Source of the DNA: Octopus vulgaris
Lineage: Eukaryota
Assembly (NCBI GenBank): GCA_951406725.2
Contig: OX597840.1
Location: 6,262,001 to 6,326,000 of the forward strand
Direction: 5' to 3'
Length of the DNA stretch: 64,000 nucleotides
Each line of letters opens with the position of its first letter. Within the stretch, counting starts at the first letter, position 1. The translations under genes were made by a program, and so were the position numbers. Positions 30,283 to 41,200 of this stretch are shown one piece after another. A model generated the notes under the pieces. That model had not been told where the DNA came from. It did no database searches and saw only the letters and a list, made by a program, of their open reading frames with translations.

Positions 30283-32419
30283 CTGTCTATCTATCTATCT
30301 GTCTCCCAAACAATTTGAAAATATTTTTGAAATCTGGAAAAAGTCTGTCCATAAATATAAATTCGTTTTCATTTTTGAACCTTCATTATTTATTTATCAA
30401 ATATTCTCCAACATGCTATATATTGAAGAACCCTATTAGCTATTAACGATACAAAAATGATATATAATACAATATAAATTGCCATTTTCTTGCAGCACCA
30501 AATGTTACTAGCATAGCTGTTACTCCATCAGGTAAGTACAATTCTACTGTTTGTTTAGTTATTAAAATGAAAGTATCTAAGGTGGTGAGCTGGCAGAATC
30601 GTTAGCATGCAGGACAAAATGCTTAGCAGTGTTTCGTCTGCCGCTACATTCTGAGTTCAAATTCCGCTAAGGTCAACTTTACCTTTCATCCTTTTGGGGT
30701 CGATAAAATAAGTACCAGTTGAATTCTACATTGATGCCTAAATTTCACTGCCATGTAGCATACATGTTTATACAATAAGGTGATGGTTCCACATGACCAA
30801 ACTATCACATTGCATCATATGACCAAACTATCAAAGTCTTCTCTCTTGCATCTTACAACTCCTTTCTCCTATGGTTAATTTTTCTCTCACATCATTTGCA
30901 CTTTGTCATACATGCACACTAATTTTGCACATACATTAGATCTTGTTCCAATCCTATCAAACCATCCCATGTGCACTGCACTCAGTCCCACATCTCTCTA
31001 CCATGTAGCATACATGTTTATACACTAGGATGATACTTTCAGATAGAGGAATTGAAAGCAAAACTGTAATGTAATAGATAACATGGACAATCAAGAAATA
31101 TATGCATTGCTCATAAGATGACTATCGGTTAGTTTGTCTTTTCTCACTCAACATATTACATATAATGACTAACATCATTTAAACTTTGAATATGTCAGCA
31201 GATAATCCATTCATAATCCATTTACTGTTACATTGAAACAGAGATGTTTTTAGTTTAAGCATTCAATGTAATTTTCCACATTTACTGAAATATTTTCATT
31301 AGATGGTAATTTGCTTTTCTAACACGACTTAAATGTTATGTGATTGGAAATAAATGGATATTTATGCTTTGATTTCAGAGGTAACTGGTACTATACTCCC
31401 TCACACTGGTACGTAAGTTTTAATATCAATATACGTCTTTAAAAATGTCTTTATATTCTAAATATATATATACTGATTATACCTACAATGGACCATATTC
31501 TTCAACATGAAAGTAGTGGCAAAATCTTGGTTTTTACTTTGGTTGTTTTCATTTTGTTTATGTTGAATTCATCTGTGAAGACAAAATGCTCATCATATCA
31601 GGATCCTTTGAATTCTCTTGGCAGGATTTTTGCCAATTTATGTCTACAGCAGTTGACAAATAATAACAAAAAAGGAAGTGAAGTAGGATCAGTACACGTG
31701 CATATCTGTTTAATGTTAGTTTTATTTGGGTATTTGCCACATACAAACACTATTTTGTCTCTTAACCTTCCTGTGATTCAAGCATATCTCTCATATGTCG
31801 ACAAATCATGATATTTTTACTTTAAACATGCAATATTATTTTCCGCATTTGCTCAACTATTTACACAATAGAGTAATTTGTTATTGTAACATATATCAGC
31901 TTAAGTGATGTATAATAGAAGGAAAATAGATGTTTATTCTTTGATTACAGGGATAACTGGTTAAACAGGGCCTAAAACTGTTATGGAAATTTTAATATTA
32001 ACAAATGAGATGTCTTAATATTCTAATTATACATATTAATTTTAAATATAATTTGAGTTCTCCTGTTTTTTGATGACTTTTGTCTAGAAAATGTATATTT
32101 GATGACTGAACAAAAATTGTATATATATATATATATATATAAATGAAAGAATGGAGTTGAACGACGAATTAACAAAATTCCTTTATTTTCGACGTATGTT
32201 TCGAAACAGATGTCGAAAATAAAGGAATTTTGTTAATTCGTCGTTCAACTCCATTCTTTCATTTATTTGTATTTAAAAAAACAAACAAATTTCCACACGA
32301 TAGCACGTGATCTCTGCCCTAGGCATGTAGCTTCAACCGTGTTTCTCTGACGTGAATTTGCTACCCAGGTATCGGTTAACCGAAATACCCATAATAAGAT
32401 AATTCATTCAACTACTCAA

Positions 32420-32458
<39 letters not shown>

Positions 32459-34683
32459 CGCAGCAGTGGCTGTGTAGTAAGTAGCTTGCTAACCAACCAC
32501 ATGGTTCCGGGTTCAGTCCCACTGCGTGGCATCTTGGGGGGCAAGTGTCTTCTGCTATAGCCCCAGGCTGACCAATGCCTTGTGGGTGGATTTGGTAGAC
32601 GGAAACTGAAAGAAGCCTGTCGTATATATATGTATATATATATATGTGTGTGTGTACGTGTGTGTGTTTGTCCCCCTAGCATTGCTTAAAAAGGGTGTGT
32701 TTATGTCCCCATAACTTAGCAGTTCAGCAAAAGAGACCGATAGAATAAGTACTGAGCTTACAAAGAATAAGCCCCGGGGTCGATTTGCTCGACTAAAGGT
32801 GGTGCTCCAGCATGGTCGCAGTCAAATGATTGAAACAAGTAAAAGAGTAGAGTAATATATATTACAGTTATGTTGAAACAGGTGATATGGGAAAGTGCAG
32901 CATTGATGACAAAACATTTGAGGAGTAAATGACGGTCTAATTCGACCAACTGACATGTAATATGTCTGTTTGAAGGATTCAAAGCCATAACCTATCATGG
33001 AAAATTGGGAGTGGGGAGGTATGTAATTTTTTCACTCACCCAAAAGCTGTCAGTGGATATACTCGCATTTGAGGCAGTGAATGCTGTGTCTAGCATGACC
33101 CATCATATTGTTGACAGTCAAACGAATGGAGGTGTAATGGAGATATCTATATATATAAAACTGTAGTTGTGTGAGTGTCTGTCCCCTTCGATTTAGATTC
33201 CTAACTACTCCCACATTGTGCGGTGCAGTTTAACCAAATTCGGGTATCATATCGAGCCCGTCTGAGTTTTAGCGCGCGTCTATGATGAGTCTACGATTTT
33301 AAAAATAATTTAACAGCATTTTTTATCCATTTTAATGCATAATTTTTCGTGTGTCGATGGTGGCGGAGTTGGCGTCCATGGTCACACCTGCACCTGTTTG
33401 CTTCTCCCCCTTCCCTCCCTCGTGAAGCTGTGGGGAAGGGAGTGTAAGGAAATCAACGTCGTAAAGCGTTGTCAAGGAGACCAGCGTTCTTTTAGAACAA
33501 CGACTTCATGGCTTGAAGACACTGAGTCAACGATTTAAAAAAAAATTATCATCATTTTTTATTCCATTTTTAATGCATTTTTTGCTATAACTCTCTAAAA
33601 ATGCTTATATAGTTATTTCCCTTACAAACCCGAGCAACGCCGGGCGATACTGTTAGTATACATAAATGGGTACATTCCGGAAATGGGCAGCAATGGGAAG
33701 TGAACTGTTGAAATGTTGCAGAAGGCAAGGTGGATTGCATGTGTGGTTGTTTGATTGATGGCAATCCCTCAAGGTCGAGGATGATGGTCTTTGCGCAAAT
33801 TTACTGGTGAGTCCGTAGGTGACCGATAAGACCAATCCTTGCTTGAAAAGATCGGTCGCAGATCTTCTACTCCCAACTCAAAGACGGCAAGCGTACAAAA
33901 GGAGGCCAGAAGAAATGCTACAAGGACTCCCTGAAAACGAACCTCAAAAAGTGTGACATCAACTTCACTAACTGGGAGGAAACGGCAAAAAACAGACCAC
34001 TCTGGAAAACCACCATCCATGAGGGAACGGCGACTTTCGAGTCGAAAAGGTCTGCAGAGCTGGAGGAGAAAAGACGACGACGGAAGGAGCGCCAACAACA
34101 ACCACTTGCGACTCTCCCTATGTGTGGTTGTTGAATAAGAAGCATAAATTGAGTCTATGCAGTCACAGGAGAATATGTAGCAATGAATTACTCGAAATAA
34201 TAAGAGATAATGTCTTACTGCGTGGTATGTATATAGTATGTCTGTATTTTTGTATGCAGTGTAAATTAACGAAATATAAGCAAATGAATGGTAAATAGCA
34301 CAATAATTATTTCAGAGAGACAAAGAATTATATACATACATATATAGTGAGGGCACGTGGCTTAGTGGTTAGGGCATTCGGCTCATGATCATAAGGTTTT
34401 GAGTTCGCTTCCCGGCGACGCGTTGTGTCCTTGAGCAAGACACTTTATTTCACGTTGCTCCAGTCCACTCAGCTGGCAAAAATGAGTAGTACCTGTATTT
34501 CAAAGGGTCAGCCTTGTCACATTCTGTGTCACACTGAATCTCCCTGAGAGCTACGTTAAGGGTACACGTGTCCGTGGAGTGCTCAGCCACTTGCACATTA
34601 ATTTCACGAGCAAGCTGTTCCATTGATCTGATCAACTGGAACCCTCATCGTCATAACCAATGGAGTGCTCCTATATACATATT

Positions 34684-34751
<68 letters not shown>

Positions 34752-35370
34752 ATAGATTTCTTAATGTAAGGGTAAATATGTAAATACCTTGCAATACTGC
34801 TGTGATAGTTATTAACTGGTAATGGAACAGTAAATGTGTTTTTTATATATACCTTGGACCTTGCCACCTCATTGTTTTTTTTTCTAGAGTTTCACATCTA
34901 GAACTTATATACATACATCCAGGCATGTCAGTCCTCACATATATATATGTGCACATGTGTGTGTGTTTAATAACATATGTAACGCAAAACACACACACAC
35001 ACTCACAGACACATACATGCTCATACACTCACAGATATACACTCATATACAAAAATGTGGAATAAAATGTTACTGACATACACTCACATACATATACTAA
35101 GATAGTCACACAGAGACATATTCACGCATGTCAGTCGTAGCATATGTATATGTATGTGTAGATATGTATATGTTTAATAACATACCTAATGCGGAAAGAT
35201 ACACACACTATGAGACAGATACACAGTCAATACAAATTGTGACGTTGTCGTGGTATAAAATGTCCTGTTGGCAATAGAAAGATTATCTCTATGAAATTTT
35301 TATAGTGTTTTAATCGAAATGAAAATATAATTTCATATTGACACTGGCCAGCCGACACACACACACACAC

Positions 35371-35417
<47 letters not shown>

Positions 35418-36574
35418 GAAATGTTATACTGTTTTAATCAAAATGAAAGTAAAATTTGGTATTGACACTGGCTAGCCCTCACACACATATAGTAAGACGG
35501 AATTTCATATTGACACTGGCCATCCCTCACATACATATAGTAAGATAGGCACACGCAGGCATAATTCATGCATGTCAGTCGTTACGTATGTATACGTAGA
35601 TGTGTGTGTGTTTAATAATGTACCATTACATATGTGTAGATGTGTGTTTAATAATGTACCTAACTTGGAAAGACACAGAGACATATACACATTCATACGC
35701 TTACACACATACACTCACAGACAGATATACAGTCATATACAAAATGTGATGTCGTCGTCGTTGTGGTATAAAATGTCCTGTTGACAATAGAAAGATTATT
35801 CCTATGAAATCTTGTATTGTTCTAATCGAAATGAAAATAAAATTTCGTAATAACACTGACCAGCCCTCACATACATATAGTGTGTTTAATAATGTACCTA
35901 ACGCAGAAAGACACACATACACACTGTGAGACATATATACACTCATGCACATACATTCACAGACAGATACATAGTCATATACAAAATGTGATGTCGTCGT
36001 CGTCAGTGGTATAAAATGTCCTGTTGACAATAGAAAGATTATTCCTATGAAATCTTGTATTGTTCTAATCGAAATGAAAATAAAATTTCGTAATAACACT
36101 GACCAGCCCTCACATACATATAGTGTGTTTAATAATGTACCTAACGCAGAAAGACACACACACACTGTGAGACATATATACACTCATGCACTTACACATA
36201 CATACACAGACAGATACATAGTCATATACAAAATGTGATGTCGTCGTCGTTGTGGTATAAAATGTCCTGTTGACAATAGAAAGATTATTCCTATGAAATC
36301 TTGTATTGTTCTAATCGAAATGAAAATAAAATTTCGTAATAACACTGACCAGCCCTCACATACATATAGTGTGTTTAATAATGTACCGTTATATATGTAT
36401 GTGTAGGAGTGTGTGTATGTATGTATGTATGTATGTATGTATGTATGTATGTATGTACATATTTAAGTGTGTAGACGTGTCTGCATGTGTATATGTACAT
36501 GTAAATGTATGTTTATATACTGATATGTTTGTCTGTTCAAGTTGTATACATAACTCTTACTCCATCGAAGGTTG

Positions 36575-36642
<68 letters not shown>

Positions 36643-37478
36643 CCGAGCACATGATATCAGATCAAGTCACTTGCTATGCAAGTATATCTCTGTAAGTAGA
36701 AAGATTATCTCTATGAAATGTTATATTGTTTTTAATCAAAATGAAATACATATAGGGTGTTTAATAACATACCTAACGCAGAAAGACATACATACTGTGA
36801 GACATATACACACTTATACACTCACACACATACATTCACAGACAGATATACAGTCATATACAAAATGTTACATCGTCGTCGTCAGAATTAAAAGTAAAAG
36901 TATAAAAGTGAAACAATATACCACATTACAATGTAGATGTTATTTTTTCACTTTTATTCTTTGAGTTTTGACACGTATTATGGAACCAGTGCCAATGTTG
37001 CATTGCTTTAATCCAAAAAAATTACATGTTAACACTCATGGGGTCTGATAGTATTACCATATAAAATTTGATTTGATTTGGTTGAGCCGTTTGAGAATGC
37101 ATTGGGAATAGACAGAGAGACAAAGGATTTTTTATATGTATAGATGAAGATTCAGCTTTGAACTGAGCAGCAGATTATGATCTTGGATCATAATCTGAAC
37201 TGGATAATCAGAACTCAGTATCATATACTGGTGAAAAATCAACTATCAAAATTTTGAGATGTTTACTCTTTTACTTGTTTCAGTCATTTGACTGCGGCCA
37301 TGCTGAAGCACCGCCTTTAGTCGAGCAAATTGACCCCAGGACTTATTCTTTGTAAGCCTAGTGCTTATTCTATCAGTCTCTTTTGCCGAACCGCTAAGTT
37401 ACAGGGATGTAACACACCAGCATCGGTTGTCAAGCGATGTTGGGGGCGGGGGACAAACACAGACACACAAACGTATAA

Positions 37479-37509
<31 letters not shown>

Positions 37510-38222
37510 CATATATACGACGGCTTCTTTCAGTTTCCGCCTACCAAATCCACTCACAAGGCTTTGGTCAGCCTGAGGCTATAGTAAAAGTCACTTGCCC
37601 AAGGTGCCACTCAGTGGGCCTGAACCCAGAACCATGTGGTTGGTAAGCAAGCTACTTACCACACAGCCACTCCTACACCTATGTTTGTCAACTTTGGATC
37701 TAATTTAAAAGAATTTTAGCATTCCCTCGTTAATAAATGGGAACACTATTTCATGTACAGCAAAAGAACACGTTTTCAATGACAGTTATTCAAAAACAAT
37801 TTTTCATAATTCTCTATCAACAACACATTAAAATTTCAACCATACTTATCTACACACACTCTCTCTTTCTTCCTCTCTCTCACTCCTTCTCTCTCTATTT
37901 CTCAATATTTTTGGAATTATTGTGAAATTCATACGTGTCCAATTTTTAGAATTATCATTGAAAACATTTTAAATATTTTATGAATAGGGAAGTCATATTC
38001 TCTTTACTCTTTACTCTTTTACTTGTTTCAGTCATTTGACTGCGGCCATGCTGGAGCACCGCCTTTAGTCGAGCAAATCGACCCCAGGACTTATTCTTTG
38101 TAAGCCCAGTACTTATTCTATCGGTCTCTTATGCCGAACCGCTAAGTGACGGGGACGTAAACACACCAGCATCGGTTGTCAAGCAATGCTAGAGGGACAA
38201 ACACACACACACACACACACAT

Positions 38223-38267
<45 letters not shown>

Positions 38268-41200
38268 TACGACAGGCTTCTTTCAGTTTCCGTCTACCAA
38301 ATCCACTCACAAGGCATTGGTCGGCCCGGGGCTATAGCAGAAGACACTTGCCCAAGATGCCACGCAGTGGGATTGAACCCGGAACCATGTGGTTGGTTAG
38401 CAAGCTACTTACCACACAGCCACTCCTGCGCCTGTAAACGGTTGATAAAAAGAAATGATTCTTTCCCATTCATAAATTTCTGGCACATATGAGGTGTATT
38501 CAAGTATCCAACATTAATTTTTTTTTTTGCTCGAAATAATGATGCATGAGCGTTTTGGCCGCTGTGTCCTTCCTGAACATGCACAAAATTTTTGTGTTTG
38601 TCGGTTGCGCCAGTCACCCACATGTTGAGTACAGACAGGGTGTGCTGTGTGATTTTTCTGTTTGAGCCAAGATGACCGAGCGGATTGAGCAAATATATTT
38701 CTTTGTTGCCCACAAGGGGCTAAACATAGAGGGGACAAACAAGGACAGACAAAGGGATTAAGTCGATTACATCGACCCCAGTGCGAAACTGGTACTTTAT
38801 TTATCGTACCCGAGAGGATGAAAGGCAAAGTTGACCTCGGCGGAATTTGAACTCAGAATGAAACGACAGACGAAATACAGCCACGCATCTTGCTCGGCAT
38901 GCTAGCGTTTCTGCCAGCTTGCCACGGATTGAGCAAATATACTGTACCAAATTCTGTCAAAAACTTGGTGATGCACAAGCCCAGACTATGGAGAAGATTC
39001 AGAAGGCTTCAGAAGCTGATGCCATGGGGAAAACACAAATAAAGGAGTGGTACAACTGGTTTAAAGATGGATGCACCTCAGTGGATGCTGAGCCACGTTG
39101 TGGCAGACCAACTAGGAGAAACTACAAAATGATTGAAAAGGTTCAAGGAATAGTCTATGAAGACTGTCATGTGACTATTAAGGATCTGTGAGCAGCAAAG
39201 AACGGGCAACTCCACCATGACAATGCTCCTACTCATTTCGGTACAGGGGTTTCTTTTTGGCTAGATATTTCTTCTGAAGGCACAGGAGTGGCTGCGTGGT
39301 AAGTAGCTTGCTCACGAACAACATGGTCCCGGGTTCAGTCCCACTGCATGGCACCTTGGGCAAGTGTCTTCTACTATAGCCTCGGGTCGACCAAATGCTT
39401 GTGAGTGGATTTGGTAGACGGAAACTGGAAGAAGCCTGTTGTATATATGTATATGTGTGTGTGTGTGTGTGTGTATGTGTGCTTGTGTGTCTGTTTATCC
39501 TCCTAGCATCGCTTGACAATCAGTGCTGGTGTGTTTACATCCCCGTAACTTAGCGGTTCGGCAAAAGAGACCGATAGAATAAGTACTGGGCTTACAAAGA
39601 ATAGGTCCCGGGGTCGATTTGCTCGACTAAAGGCGGTGCTCCAGCATGGCCGCAGTCAAATGACTGAAACAAGTAAAAGAGTAAAAGAGTATACCTGTAT
39701 CAACGGTTTCTGCAACAGGTTTGTAAACTTAATACTAAACAAGTCCACTACATGTTTAGTTAATATAATGAAAGTATTTACCATGTCTCTATGTTTACCT
39801 TGTCTGTCACAAAATATGATAAAGTCATTCAGTAATATAATAGATAACATGTATACAAGCAAGAAATATAGACATTACTTTGAAGCTGGCAGTTGGACAA
39901 TTTTGTCTTTCTTTCACTCAACATGTTACCTGTAATGACTAATATCATTTACACATTGAAAATGTCAGCAGTTAATTCATTCATGATATATTTACTGTTA
40001 CATTTGGAGGCGCAATGGCCCAGTGGTTAGGGCAGCGGACTCGCAGTCATAGGATCGCGGTTTCGATTCCCAGACCGGGCGTTGTGAGTGTTTATTGAGC
40101 GAAAACACCTAAAGCTCAATGAGGCTCCGGCAGGGGATGGTGGTGATCCCTGCTGTACTCTTTCACCACAACTTTCTCTCACTCTTACTTCCTGTTTCTG
40201 TTGTACCTGTACTTCAAAGGGCCGGCCTTGTCACTCTCTGTGTCACGCTGAATATCCCCGAGAACTACATTAAGGGTATACGTGTCTGTGGAGTGCTCAG
40301 CCACTTACACGTTAATTTCATGAGCAGGCTGTTCCGTTGATTCGGATCAACCGGAACCCTCGTTGTCGTAACCAACGGAGTGCTTCCCACTGTTACATTT
40401 AAATACAGGTGTGTTTACTTTAAATATTCAGCTTGATTTGTAACAATTAGTGGAATGCTCACATCATAGAATTGGTCATCTGGGATAGCTGGATTATTTG
40501 GCCTACCTGTACTACTGCCAATTAAATTCGACTACAATATTCAGAATTTATTAACATGTTATAATATATTTACTGTTACATTTAAATACAGGTGTGTGTG
40601 TGTGTATGTTTGTGTGTCTGTGTTTGTCCCCCCCACATCGCTTGACAACCTATGGTGGTGTATTACGTCCCTGTAACTTAGCGGTTCAGTAAAAGAGGCC
40701 GATAGAATAAGTACTGAGCTTACAAAGAATAAGTCCTGGGGTCAATTTGCTCGACTAAAGGCGGTGCTCCAGCATGGCCACAGTCAAATGACTGAAACAA
40801 GTAAAAGAGTAAAAGAGTAAACATTTTGATATTTGATTTTCCACCAGTATATAATATTGAGTTCTGATTATCCAAGATCATAACCTGCTGCTCAGTTCAA
40901 AGCTGAATTTTCATCTATATATATAGATTTACAGATTGATGTTACTTTACAGAGAGGTATTTATGCTGAATACCAATTGCTAGTCAGTGAGAATGACTTG
41001 TCTGGTGAGAAATCTTTTTACATGAGGTTTTGAAAGGCACAGAAAACCTCTACAAATCCTCTGGTTCCTCAGCAATCCTCTGTACTGTATTCCCCATGCA
41101 CCTCAATTTATAACCATGATTTGGTGTAAAACTGCATGGAATTTTACATTAATCTTAACCGCACAGAGTTTTGAATGCAGAGTGCTGCTACAATGGTATA

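Larger units (their letters stand above)
1..31700 (+). repeat. Complex tandem array of exon+intron units (A/B cassettes, ~1-2.2 kb, with ~3.2-kb and ~4.1-kb higher-order repeats)
   Basis: Intronic blocks such as gatagaggaattgaaagcaaaactg, ttgaagaaccctattagctattaac and cattcaatgtaattttccacatttactg recur more than 10 times in the same order. Confidence 0.95.

Noticed and set aside
1-31700. CRISPR-like or satellite interpretation of short conserved motifs with long spacers
   Set aside because: The spacers are homologous to each other, are kb-scale and carry splice signals; the context is eukaryotic and there are no cas genes.
40006-40080. tRNA-like sequences at SINE heads
   Set aside because: They continue into SINE bodies, are multi-copy and TSD-flanked; not called as tRNA genes.
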